From the IMG/VR virus record IMGVR_UViG_3300006810_000062, positions 1 through 52,771 of that record: 52,771 bases of DNA; one strand, written 5' to 3'. The stretch comes from a virus. Its lineage: Duplodnaviria > Caudoviricetes. Made by a program: the position numbers and the translations under genes. The notes under the pieces are model-generated. The model was given only the letters and a program-made list of their open reading frames with translations, ran no database searches and was not told where the DNA came from. Of this stretch, positions 1 through 8,867 are shown piece after piece; positions within the stretch are counted from its first letter, which is position 1, and each line of letters starts with the position of its first letter.

Positions 1-1
1 A

Positions 2-598
2 CCTAAACTTAAATCTAATGACTACACAGGTAGATTTATAGATAAGAAGGGAGATGTTGCATACGATAGTGCTTCTGATTTCTTAGCTCATATGTTTGGT
101 ACTCCTAAGAAAAGAGCAATGCCTAAAAAATCTGCAAGAATATTCGGTGGTACAGGTGACAAACTAAAAAGAAAAGATGCAGATACTAAAGGTGCAGGTA
201 AGGGTGTAAAGTTTAAGGCATTTAAGTCAGGCACTAAGGATAAGACAATAGGTAAACCTATTTCATATAAAAAAGCTTTGGAGGATAAATATAAAAATAA
301 GTCAAAGATTTATGGAATGATATATACACCTACTGGTCAAAAATCTAAAAGAAAAAGAACTATGGTTGAAAAGATTTTTGGTGGAGGTCCTAATGAAAAC
401 TATAACAGAAAAATAAATGAAGCTAAAAAAGTAGGAAAAAAATTAGCAGGATATGAAATGTTTAAAGAGCATCCTGAATTAATGAAAAGAGCTAGAAAAG
501 AAGATACAACTAAAAAATCAGGTGGTAGTTTATCTTCTGATAAGTATGTAGCTAAACAAATTAGAGGTTGGGGTAAAGCTAGAAAACCTAAAGGATAA
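2..598 (+). CDS. C-terminal part of a Lys-rich basic protein, probably continuing the ORF that starts at 52223
   Basis: Frame is open from position 2 (PKLKSNDYTGRFIDKK...) into track ORF 92..598; K-rich composition matches the ORF running off the 3' end. Confidence 0.7.
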   Translation, partial: PKLKSNDYTGRFIDKKGDVAYDSASDFLAHMFGTPKKRAMPKKSARIFGGTGDKLKRKDADTKGAGKGVKFKAFKSGTKDKTIGKPISYKKALEDKYKNKSKIYGMIYTPTGQKSKRKRTMVEKIFGGGPNENYNRKINEAKKVGKKLAGYEMFKEHPELMKRARKEDTTKKSGGSLSSDKYVAKQIRGWGKARKPKG

Positions 599-600
599 AA

Positions 601-705
601 ATGACTAAAGAAAAAAAATGTGATACTTGTGAGTGCTACGAATGTGATTGTGAAGAATGTAATTGTGATTGTCATGAAGAGGAGGTACAAGGAGTACCTA
701 TATAA
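601..705 (+). CDS. 34-aa Cys-rich metallothionein-like micro-protein
   Basis: Manual translation MTKEKKCDTCECYECDCEECNCDCHEEEVQGVPI*; AAGGA upstream; fills the gap between neighbouring genes. Confidence 0.7.
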   Translation: MTKEKKCDTCECYECDCEECNCDCHEEEVQGVPI

Positions 706-888
706 ATGATTGAGTTTGTGCTTGTGTTTATGATGGGATTAAGAGTAGTAGACCAGACACAAACTTTTCAAGATATTAATAGATGTTTATATTTTTCAGA
801 GAGATTACACAATCAACCTTCTATACCTCAAAAGGAAGGACCTAACCTACAGATAACTGCATACTGCAAACCTATAAGGAAAAAGTAA
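706..888 (+). CDS. hypothetical protein with hydrophobic N-terminus and two Cys
   Basis: ORF track; AAGGAG upstream; TAATG coupling to next gene. Confidence 0.65.
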   Translation: MIEFVLVFMMGLRVVDQTQTFQDINRCLYFSERLHNQPSIPQKEGPNLQITAYCKPIRKK

Positions 889-1421
889 TGGACCCAGTAA
901 CTATATCACTTGCAGTTGGAGTAGCATCTAAAGCATTTAGTGCAATTAAACAAGGTTTTGCTGTAGGCAGAGACTTAGAGCAGATGTCAGGAGACATTAG
1001 CAGATGGATGGGAGCAGTTTCAGATGTTGATAATGCAGAGAAACAAGCAAAAAATCCGGGAGTGTTTGGCAAAGTCTTTGGTAGTGGAAGTATTGAAACT
1101 ACTGCACTACAGGCTTATGCAGCCAAGAAGAAACTTGAGGAACAAAGATACGAACTCAAGATGTTTTTAAATATGACTCATGGACCACAAGCCTATGATG
1201 AACTTTTAGAAATGGAAGGTAAGATACGTAAACAAAGACAAGCTACTATTTATAAGCAACAGCAGATACGAAAGCAAATAGGTGAAGGTATAGGATGGTT
1301 ATTTCTTGTACTTGTAATAGGTGGATTTTTATTATTATTAACAAGTATATTTGTAAGTAAGGCAGAAGCATTTGCAGACACCCAACCTAAAACTTTTATT
1401 TTCAGAGAAGAACTAGAATGA
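888..1421 (+). CDS. hypothetical phage membrane protein (coiled coil plus C-terminal TM helix)
   Basis: ORF track; hydrophobic stretch GIGWLFLVLVIGGFLLLLTSIFV. Confidence 0.75.
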   Translation: MDPVTISLAVGVASKAFSAIKQGFAVGRDLEQMSGDISRWMGAVSDVDNAEKQAKNPGVFGKVFGSGSIETTALQAYAAKKKLEEQRYELKMFLNMTHGPQAYDELLEMEGKIRKQRQATIYKQQQIRKQIGEGIGWLFLVLVIGGFLLLLTSIFVSKAEAFADTQPKTFIFREELE

Positions 1422-1525
1422 CACCATGTAGAGGTATATGTAAATTAGTAAATGATGTATGTGTAGGGTGTTATAGAACTATAGAACAAATAAAAGAAGC
1501 TTATAAAGTATTACCTAAAAATTAA
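1418..1525 (+). CDS. 35-aa DUF1289/YdhL-like Cys-cluster micro-protein
   Basis: Manual translation MTPCRGICKLVNDVCVGCYRTIEQIKEAYKVLPKN*; PCxGxC...CxGCxRT pattern; ATGA overlap with upstream stop. Confidence 0.65.
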   Translation: MTPCRGICKLVNDVCVGCYRTIEQIKEAYKVLPKN

Positions 1526-1531
1526 AATGAT

Positions 1532-1560
1532 TTGTAAGTAATTACTATGTTTGGTATAAT
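1532..1560 (+). promoter_or_regulatory. sigma70-type promoter
   Basis: TTGTAA-N17-TATAAT upstream of AGGA and ATG 1570. Confidence 0.5.
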
Positions 1561-1569
1561 AGGAACTAA

Positions 1570-1909
1570 TATGACATTATATAAAAGAATACCATCTGGA
1601 GGAATTGAATATCGTGGCAAGAAATTTGCAGGATTTAATAAACCTAAAAAATCTGATAGACCCGGTAAAAAAGGTATGGTCTTGGCTAAAGAAGGAGATA
1701 AGGTTAAGCTTATTCATTTTGGAGATTCGTCTATGGGTCATAACTACTCTCCTACAGCTAGAGCAAGTTTTAAAGCTCGTCATGGAAAAAATATTGCTAA
1801 AGGAAAAATGTCTGCAGCTTATTGGGCAAATAAAAAATTATGGACTGCAGGAGGTAGCAAAAAGTCTCCTCCAAAAAATCAAAAACATAAAAAATTGGGT
1901 AGTGCATAA
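1570..1909 (+). CDS. conserved basic phage protein; end approximate (track ORF 1547..1909, probable start near 1570)
   Basis: GFNKPKK...KLIHFG...RASFKARH...SAAYWANKKLW; AGGA precedes the second ATG. Confidence 0.65.
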
Positions 1910-2058
1910 TGTCTATTACAAGAGCAAGCATAAGATTTCAAGTTACCAAACCAAACAAAAAAATAAAAAAAATCAACTTGAACTCTTTGAAGAAAAAAAA
2001 GCAACTGAAAATTGGTATAGGTGGCTCTATAAAAACAAATAAAAGAGGTAGAGCATAA
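1909..2058 (+). CDS. 49-aa basic micro-protein
   Basis: Manual translation MSITRASIRFQVTKPNKKIKK...KRGRA*; TAATG overlaps at both ends. Confidence 0.6.
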   Translation: MSITRASIRFQVTKPNKKIKKINLNSLKKKKQLKIGIGGSIKTNKRGRA

Positions 2059-2732
2059 TGAGTACATCAGGTACATATACATTTTCTATGGACATAGATG
2101 AAGTAATTCAAGAAGCTTCTGAAATGATTGGTGGAGAACAGACATTAGGACATGAGCCTAAATCAGCAAGACGTTCCATAAATTTATTATTACAAGATTG
2201 GCAGAATAGAGGAGTCATGCTTTGGACAGCAGAAACTTCTGTATTTGATGTATCAGTTAGTACAACAGCATATGACTTAGCTAGTTCTAGTATAGATATT
2301 TTAGAAGCAGTTGTCAATAGAGATGATACAGATATACAACTAGAACGTATATCAATGCAAGAATATTTAAAAATACCTTCTAAAGGACAGACAGGTAGAC
2401 CAACTCAATTTGCTGTTAGAAATGGTAGGGATAATCCTACTGTATATCTATGGCCCATTCCTGAAAACTCTACAGATAAAGTTAAAGTTGAATTAATTAG
2501 ATACATACAAGATGTAAATAAATCAGCAGTACAAACAGCAGACATATCTAGAAAATTTTTACCTTGTCTTACAGCAGGTCTAGCTTATCATATGGGATTA
2601 AAAAGACCGGGAGTAGACTTAGCACGTATTAATTTAATTAAAGCAGAGTATGAAGAAAGATTAAGCAGAGCTTTAGATGAAGATAGAGAAAGAGTTAGTT
2701 TATATTTAAGACCTAAGTTAAATATTTATTAA
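2058..2732 (+). CDS. head-tail connector/adaptor protein (P22 gp4 / tail tubular A-like)
   Basis: SARRSINLLLQDWQNRG, TGRPTQF, YLWPIP, RKFLPCLTAGLAY motifs; structural-module context. Confidence 0.65.
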   Translation: MSTSGTYTFSMDIDEVIQEASEMIGGEQTLGHEPKSARRSINLLLQDWQNRGVMLWTAETSVFDVSVSTTAYDLASSSIDILEAVVNRDDTDIQLERISMQEYLKIPSKGQTGRPTQFAVRNGRDNPTVYLWPIPENSTDKVKVELIRYIQDVNKSAVQTADISRKFLPCLTAGLAYHMGLKRPGVDLARINLIKAEYEERLSRALDEDRERVSLYLRPKLNIY

Positions 2733-2977
2733 TGGTAAACAGAAATAAAATTTATGGTATATGTGACGTTTGTGGTTTTAGATATAATTTAAGTGAGCTA
2801 GTTAAAAATAGTTTTGGATTAATGGTATGTCCAACTGATAACGATGGAAGATACGATTTAAAAAATCATCCTCAAAATAAAACTAAAGGTGGGGTTGATA
2901 GTGAAAATGTTAAGTTTCATAGACGATCACCAATGCCACCAACAAATGTGACTGTTACAGATTGGTTACCTAATTAA
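2732..2977 (+). CDS. small Cys-containing virion-module protein, copy 1
   Basis: CDVCGF...VCP...YDLKNHPQN. Confidence 0.75.
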   Translation: MVNRNKIYGICDVCGFRYNLSELVKNSFGLMVCPTDNDGRYDLKNHPQNKTKGGVDSENVKFHRRSPMPPTNVTVTDWLPN

Positions 2978-3255
2978 TGGCAAGAGCAAAAAATTTAATA
3001 GTTGAATGTGACGTTTGTGGGTTTGAATATAAACGACCTTCTATGAAATTAAATAGCTATGGAATGTTAGTTTGCCCTGAAGACTATGAAGGACAGTATG
3101 ATTTAAAAAATCATCCTCAAAATAGATCACCTGTTTTACGTGAAACAAATTTTATTAGAGATGTAAGACCTGAAAATAATAATGACAGAAATGTATTATG
3201 GGAAAATGCTTCTACTAATTGGGAAGACACTAATAATTATTGGAATACAATATGA
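2977..3255 (+). CDS. small Cys-containing virion-module protein, copy 2 (paralogue)
   Basis: CDVCGF...VCP...YDLKNHPQN. Confidence 0.75.
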   Translation: MARAKNLIVECDVCGFEYKRPSMKLNSYGMLVCPEDYEGQYDLKNHPQNRSPVLRETNFIRDVRPENNNDRNVLWENASTNWEDTNNYWNTI

Positions 3256-4922
3256 CAACTTTTACTGGTAAGACCATTGCTAATACCTATAAAGATTTAT
3301 TACAAATAAGTAATAATAATGCAGGTATAGATACGACTCTAAGAAATATTTCTGATGGGGAAGGAACTTCTTCACCTTTACAATTATCAAATGATACCAT
3401 TAATTTAACAGGTACAATAAAACTTCAAGGTACAACTCTTACAGCTAATGTATCAGCTTTAAATAATATGGCTGACATTACAGGAGCTACAGGTTTAATA
3501 GCTGTTAATAGTGGAACAGCTTATGGTAGAACAATAGTTGTTACAGAACCTTTAAGTATAGGTAATGCTAATGGAACAGCAGGTAATCCTACAATAGGTT
3601 TAGCTACAACTGGAATAACATCAGCTACTTATGGACCTTTAGGTAAGTTTAATATAGATGGATATGGCAGAGTTATAAGTGTTAGTGTAGCTACTACAGT
3701 ATCAGCTAACTCTTTTATTGGTGGTGTATTTGATGGTTCTTCTTTAACAATAGAAAATAATACTACAATAGGTAATGATTTAATTGTAAAAGGTTCTACT
3801 AACATGAAAGCTGTTAGTGCTACTGATATTACTTTTAATAATGGAACAGCTACAACAAAAATAACATCACCTATTGTTACTGCTACTACAATTAATACAA
3901 CTAATTTAAATGTTGCAGTGGCTAGTATAACTGATTTAACTGCTGCTAATTTAACATTTACTGCTGCATCTATAGCTGAATTAAATGCAACTAACTTTTT
4001 TGCTGTAAGTGCTAATGCAACTAGATTATTTAAAAATGGAGCAGACGTAGCTACAAGTGCTACTGTTGCTGCTTTATCAACCACTATGGCTACTAGCATA
4101 GGAAACAGAACATCAGCTATTACAGCTTTATCAGCTACTATGGCTACAAGTATTGCTAATAGAACAACTGCTATAGCAACTAACGTAGCTGCCATAACAT
4201 CTATTAATACAGTTGTAACAAATTTATCAGCTACTATGGCTACAAGCATAGCTAATCGTACAGCAGCTATAACTTCTATAAATGCTATCATAGGTGATGG
4301 AGGTAACTATGCTACATCAGCAGAGCTTCATGCAGTATCTGTATTAACTAAAACAAATTTAAATGCCATAACATCTATAAATACAGTAGTGGGTAATCTA
4401 TCAGCTACTATGGCAACTTCAATAGCTAATAGAACAACTGCTATAGCAACAAATACTGCAGCTATAACATCTATTAATACAGTAGTAGCAGGAGTATCTG
4501 TATTAACAAAAACAAATCTAGATGCTATTACAAGTATTAATACAGTAGTAGCAGGAGTATCAGCATTAACTAAAACTAACTTAGATGCTGTAACAAGTAT
4601 TAATACAGTTGTTACTAATCTTTCAGCTACTATGGCAACTAGTATATCTAACAGAACAGCAGCTATAACATCTATAAATACAGTTGTTACAAACTTATCA
4701 GCTACTATGGCTACAAGTATTAACAATCGAACTACAGCTATAGCAACTAACACAGCAGCCATAACAAGTATTAACACAGTTGTTGCAGCAGTTTCTGTAT
4801 TAACAAAAACTAACTTAGATGCTGTAACAAGTATTAATACAGTTGTAGGTAATTTATCTGCAACAATGGCAACATCTATTGCTAATAACTCACCTATACC
4901 ATTTGCTATTGCATTAGGTTAA
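3252..4922 (+). CDS. long fibre protein with Ser/Thr/Ala-rich repetitive coiled-coil stalk
   Basis: Track ORF 3240..4922, likely start ATG 3252 (ATGA overlap); many TSINTVV/NLSATMATSI repeats. Confidence 0.8.
   Translation: MTTFTGKTIANTYKDLLQISNNNAGIDTTLRNISDGEGTSSPLQLSNDTINLTGTIKLQGTTLTANVSALNNMADITGATGLIAVNSGTAYGRTIVVTEPLSIGNANGTAGNPTIGLATTGITSATYGPLGKFNIDGYGRVISVSVATTVSANSFIGGVFDGSSLTIENNTTIGNDLIVKGSTNMKAVSATDITFNNGTATTKITSPIVTATTINTTNLNVAVASITDLTAANLTFTAASIAELNATNFFAVSANATRLFKNGADVATSATVAALSTTMATSIGNRTSAITALSATMATSIANRTTAIATNVAAITSINTVVTNLSATMATSIANRTAAITSINAIIGDGGNYATSAELHAVSVLTKTNLNAITSINTVVGNLSATMATSIANRTTAIATNTAAITSINTVVAGVSVLTKTNLDAITSINTVVAGVSALTKTNLDAVTSINTVVTNLSATMATSISNRTAAITSINTVVTNLSATMATSINNRTTAIATNTAAITSINTVVAAVSVLTKTNLDAVTSINTVVGNLSATMATSIANNSPIPFAIALG
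4050..4885 (+). repeat. imperfect coding tandem repeats (LSATMATSIANRT / AITSINTVV / VSVLTKTNLDA units)
   Basis: Visible in DNA (tcagctactatggc, attaatacagt) and in protein. Confidence 0.9.
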
Positions 4923-4937
4923 GTTATACAGTATAAT
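4909..4937 (+). promoter_or_regulatory. sigma70-type promoter
   Basis: TTGCAT-N17-TATAAT upstream of 4961. Confidence 0.6.
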
Positions 4938-4960
4938 ATATTAAGAAATAAGGGAATATT

Positions 4961-5296
4961 ATGGCAAATAATTTTAAGGTATCAGTAGTAGCAGGAGTAG
5001 GTACATCACCTGTGCAAGCTTATCTTTGTCCTGCAAGTCGAGAAACTACAATAATAGGTTTAAGTTTAGCAAATATATCAACATCACAAATAACTGTTGA
5101 TGCAGTATTAAGTATAGGTGATGCAGGAAATGGTGTAGCAAGATTAATTAAAGCTGCTCCTATACCTGTTGGTTCAAGTTTAATTGTAGTTGGAGGAGAT
5201 CAAAAATTAGTTTTAAATGATGCAGATCATGTAATGATTACATCAAGTTTAGCTAGTTCAGTAGATGTGGTTACGAGTTATTTGGAGATTTCTTAA
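4961..5296 (+). CDS. conserved small virion/tail protein
   Basis: MANNFK...IIGLSLAN...LIKAAPIPVGSSL...GDQKLVL...SYLEIS; beta-rich; tail context. Confidence 0.7.
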   Translation: MANNFKVSVVAGVGTSPVQAYLCPASRETTIIGLSLANISTSQITVDAVLSIGDAGNGVARLIKAAPIPVGSSLIVVGGDQKLVLNDADHVMITSSLASSVDVVTSYLEIS

Positions 5297-6513
5297 TGGC
5301 TTTTTTAGGTAATCAACCTGCAGCTCAATTTACAACTATACCTACTGTTCAAAGATTTAATGGCACTGGATCAGCTACTGAATTTACATTAGATAGAACT
5401 GTAGCTAGTGTTCAATCTATAATGGTTTCAGTAGATGGTGTTATTCAAGATACATCTTCTTATACTATTCCTGATGGAGTTACTCTTACTTTTAGTTCTG
5501 CTCCTAGTTCAGGAACAGGAAATATATTTATAAATTATTTAGGTTTAGTTTTAGGTACAGTTACTCATCCTTCAACAAGTTCTTTAAGTGCAACAAGTGG
5601 TACGTTTAGTACAACTCTTGCTGTAACAGGAGAAACCACACTAGCCACTCATCTTAACATGGGTGATAGTGACATTATAAAACTTGGTGATGGTGCTGAC
5701 TTACAGATTTTCCACGATGGTAGTAATAGTTATATAAAAGATGTAGGAACTGGAAACTTAATTCTTGCTTGTCAAGATTTTTCACTCACGAATCCAGCTG
5801 TTGGTGAGAATATGATAACTGCTGTTGTAGATGGTGCAGTAACACTTTATTACGACAATAGTGCTAAGATTGCCACGACTTCAACTGGTGTTACATCAAC
5901 AGGAACTTATGTTGGAACATCAGCAGGATCAGCTTCTGCACCAAACTTTGCAATAACATCTGGTGCTTTAGGTGCTAATGGAATGTTTGTACCTTCTGCA
6001 AATACACTTGGTTTTGGCTCTGGTGGTACAGAACGTATGAGAATACACTCTAACGGAGTTGTATCTGCTTCAGCAGGGGTTGCTCTAGGTGTAGGCACAG
6101 CAAATACTTCATCAAATGTTCTTAACGATTATGAGCAAGGAACTTGGACTGCAACTTTAACAGGAAGTACATCAAACCCATCTACAGCAGTTACAGTAGT
6201 AGGAACATATACAAAAATAGGCAATATGTGTTATGCACAATTTCAATTAAGTAATGTAAATAGCACAGGTGCTGCAGGAGGAGCAAGAATTACTGGATTA
6301 CCTTTTACAGCTAGTGGTTCTCAAGCAACTGGAAACGTAATGACTTATGTACGTTTTACATTGGGTACTGGTTCTACAAATATATCTCCATATGTTTCAG
6401 GAACACAAATAGCTTTTTATCAATCAACTTCTAATGGTGGTTGGAGTGAGATAACACATAATGCTGGAACTGGTGCTTATCTATCAGCATCTGTATTTTA
6501 CAAAACTACTTAG
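5296..6513 (+). CDS. tail fibre / receptor-binding protein
   Basis: N-terminal Ig-like segment (RFNGTGSATEFTL..VSVDGVIQ), DLQIFHDGSNSYI and TERMRI motifs, C-terminal DYEQGTWT..YTKIGN..ITGLPF domain. Confidence 0.75.
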   Translation: MAFLGNQPAAQFTTIPTVQRFNGTGSATEFTLDRTVASVQSIMVSVDGVIQDTSSYTIPDGVTLTFSSAPSSGTGNIFINYLGLVLGTVTHPSTSSLSATSGTFSTTLAVTGETTLATHLNMGDSDIIKLGDGADLQIFHDGSNSYIKDVGTGNLILACQDFSLTNPAVGENMITAVVDGAVTLYYDNSAKIATTSTGVTSTGTYVGTSAGSASAPNFAITSGALGANGMFVPSANTLGFGSGGTERMRIHSNGVVSASAGVALGVGTANTSSNVLNDYEQGTWTATLTGSTSNPSTAVTVVGTYTKIGNMCYAQFQLSNVNSTGAAGGARITGLPFTASGSQATGNVMTYVRFTLGTGSTNISPYVSGTQIAFYQSTSNGGWSEITHNAGTGAYLSASVFYKTT

Positions 6514-6522
6514 GAGTTAAAA

Positions 6523-6816
6523 ATGGCAATAACAAAAACAACAGAAATAGCAAAAGTAGAAGTAGTCCAAAATTGGGTTATACAAGTAGCAATAGACACA
6601 GTTATTTTAGAAGATGATGTGGAAATATCAAGGTCAAGACATAGAACTAGTATAGTTCCTTTTTCTTCTTTAGTTGATGCAGATGGAGTATGGACACATA
6701 CAGCTACAGATATAAGTAATGAAGAAGCAAGTGTACAAGCAGTAGCAAATGCTATATGGACTGATGCAGTTAAAAATAATTATAAAGTATGGGCAGAAGC
6801 TCAAGGGATTATATAG
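6523..6816 (+). CDS. small tail-fibre partner/assembly protein
   Basis: EDDVEISRSRHR...DISNEEASVQAVANAIWT; directly follows a fibre gene; AGGAG RBS. Confidence 0.65.
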   Translation: MAITKTTEIAKVEVVQNWVIQVAIDTVILEDDVEISRSRHRTSIVPFSSLVDADGVWTHTATDISNEEASVQAVANAIWTDAVKNNYKVWAEAQGII

Positions 6817-7428
6817 ATGGCACTTACTAAAGTAGGTAAAGAAGGTATTATAGGTATCTCAAATTCTTCTGATACTAGTGCTAATAGAATGGTTATAACT
6901 GATTCTGGTTACATATTAATTGGAAATATTACAGCACTACCAAGTTCTTCTGTGTCAGGTTTTAGTTTTTCACCAAGTATAACAAGTGTTAATGCTCATC
7001 TATCTTCAGCAGGAAGTTCAACTTCTTCTGTTGCACACATTAATTTTTTAAATGGTAATGGACCAGTTGGGAATATTGTTACTAGTGGAGGTGGCACTTC
7101 TTTTGGTACATCTTCTGATTACAGATTAAAAGAAAATGTTAATTATAATTTTGATGCAACTACAAGATTAAAACAACTTAAACCTTCAAGATTTAACTTT
7201 AAAGCAGATGCAGATACTACAGTAGATGGTTTTTTAGCACATGAAGTTTCAAACATTGTACCAGAAGCTATTATTGGTGAAAAAGATGCCGTAGATGATG
7301 ACGGAAATGCAGTTATGCAGAGTATAGATCAATCTAAACTAGTACCTCTACTAGTAAAAACCATACAAGAACAGCAAGCTACAATAGAATCATTAACAGC
7401 TAGAATTACAGCATTGGAAAATAACTAA
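6817..7428 (+). CDS. short fibre protein with C-terminal intramolecular chaperone (peptidase S74) domain
   Basis: TSSDYRLKENV...LKQLKPSRFNF...GFLAHEV...QSIDQSKLVPLLVKTIQE plus terminal coiled coil. Confidence 0.85.
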   Translation: MALTKVGKEGIIGISNSSDTSANRMVITDSGYILIGNITALPSSSVSGFSFSPSITSVNAHLSSAGSSTSSVAHINFLNGNGPVGNIVTSGGGTSFGTSSDYRLKENVNYNFDATTRLKQLKPSRFNFKADADTTVDGFLAHEVSNIVPEAIIGEKDAVDDDGNAVMQSIDQSKLVPLLVKTIQEQQATIESLTARITALENN

Positions 7429-8579
7429 TGGCATATATAGGTACATCACCTAGCAATGGAGTACGTAGAGTTCTTACGTATACTGCTACAGCTAACCAAA
7501 CAACTTTTACTGGTACTAGTAGTGAAGGTATTACTCTTACTTATTCTGATGGTAACTATGTAGACGTATATCAGAATGGAGTATTATTAGGAACTGCTGA
7601 CTATACTGCAACAAGTGGTACATCTATCGTTTTAGGAACGGGTGCATCAGTAAATGATATTATTGTTATTATTGTATATGATGTATTTAGTGTAGCAGAT
7701 ACAGTTAGTCAATCAGCAGGTGGTACGTTTGAAGGTAATGTTACTATGGCTGGTACTCTTGGAGTCACAGGTGCTATTACAGGTACACTTGCAACAGCAT
7801 CACAACCTAATATAACAAGTGTAGGTACACTAACAAGTTTTAGGTCAACAGGAATTGATGATAATGCTAATGCTTTAGCTATGACAATAGATGCTAATGG
7901 TAACATACTTGCATCTACTGGAACTATTACTGCTAATAGAGCAGGAGCAGACCAAAACATTTTAGGAGAGGCAACTACAGCAGGTTATGCTTCAAGACTA
8001 CAATTAAAAGCTGCTAACTATAGTGGTGGTAGTTATAATGGAATACAATCTTTTCAAGGAGATGCTACACCTGCTTGGGAAATTAGTGGTGCTAGAGCTA
8101 ATGCTACTAATCAGTTTAAGTTATTTACTGGTGGTACTTTAGTCCAACAATTTGAAAGCAATAGAATGACTGTGCCTCTTCAACCAATAGCAGTCGTTGA
8201 AAAAACAACAGCCACATCTGTTGGTAGTGGACAAGCACCAGTAGTTGTATTTAATGAAGTACGTAGAAATCAAGGGTCTATGTATAACACAAGTAATGGT
8301 AGGTTTACAGCACCAGTTGCAGGAAATTATATCATATCAGCAGAATTACAAGCTAATGGTCAATATAATCAATTTCATGTTGGTATATATCTTAATGGGG
8401 GAGCAATAACACCATTAGATGTTTGGATTAATTTTGGAGATAATTTGAGAGGTGCAACAAGAACATTATCTTTAAATTTATCAGCAGGAGATTATCTTAC
8501 TGTTAATTCTCATTTTGGAAGTAATTCAGCAACACTTGAGGCTCAAAGATGTCGTGCAACTTTTTACATGCTAGGATAA
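7428..8579 (+). CDS. tail fibre/adhesin with C-terminal C1q-like domain
   Basis: VVFNEVRRNQGSMYNTSNGRFTAPVAGNY...LNLSAGDYLTV matches the C1q globular-head pattern. Confidence 0.75.
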   Translation: MAYIGTSPSNGVRRVLTYTATANQTTFTGTSSEGITLTYSDGNYVDVYQNGVLLGTADYTATSGTSIVLGTGASVNDIIVIIVYDVFSVADTVSQSAGGTFEGNVTMAGTLGVTGAITGTLATASQPNITSVGTLTSFRSTGIDDNANALAMTIDANGNILASTGTITANRAGADQNILGEATTAGYASRLQLKAANYSGGSYNGIQSFQGDATPAWEISGARANATNQFKLFTGGTLVQQFESNRMTVPLQPIAVVEKTTATSVGSGQAPVVVFNEVRRNQGSMYNTSNGRFTAPVAGNYIISAELQANGQYNQFHVGIYLNGGAITPLDVWINFGDNLRGATRTLSLNLSAGDYLTVNSHFGSNSATLEAQRCRATFYMLG

Positions 8580-8591
8580 TAGGAGAATAAA

Positions 8592-8867
8592 ATGGCAAAT
8601 TATACAATAACACTTACAGACACAGAAGACAAAGCCTTGTCTCATATAGCTTATGGACAACAAGACTGGATTGATAATGCAGTTAAAGAAAGATGTCGTG
8701 TAGCTATTGAAGATATTATAGCTAGAAATATGGCTCATTGTAATGCAAATGGAATAACAATAGCTACTGGACAAGATGCTCAAGTAGCACAAGCATTTAC
8801 TTTAGAAGTTGTTAAAACAAATAAAGCATTAACAGATGAACGTAATGAAGCAATGGGTATTTCATAA
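8592..8867 (+). CDS. small fibre-associated protein
   Basis: ORF track; AGGAG RBS; follows an adhesin gene. Confidence 0.7.
   Translation: MANYTITLTDTEDKALSHIAYGQQDWIDNAVKERCRVAIEDIIARNMAHCNANGITIATGQDAQVAQAFTLEVVKTNKALTDERNEAMGIS

Noticed and set aside
1605-2042. Alternative-frame ORF 1605..2042
   Set aside because: Overlaps two better-supported, translationally coupled genes
3629-4777. Long antisense ORFs (3629..4291, 4328..4777) opposite the fibre repeats
   Set aside because: Mirror of the repetitive sense-strand codon usage; low complexity, no RBS, opposite to the arm's direction
4050-4885. Repeats considered as a CRISPR array or DGR template
   Set aside because: Repeats are in-frame coding units with synonymous variation and no unique spacers; no cas or reverse transcriptase gene
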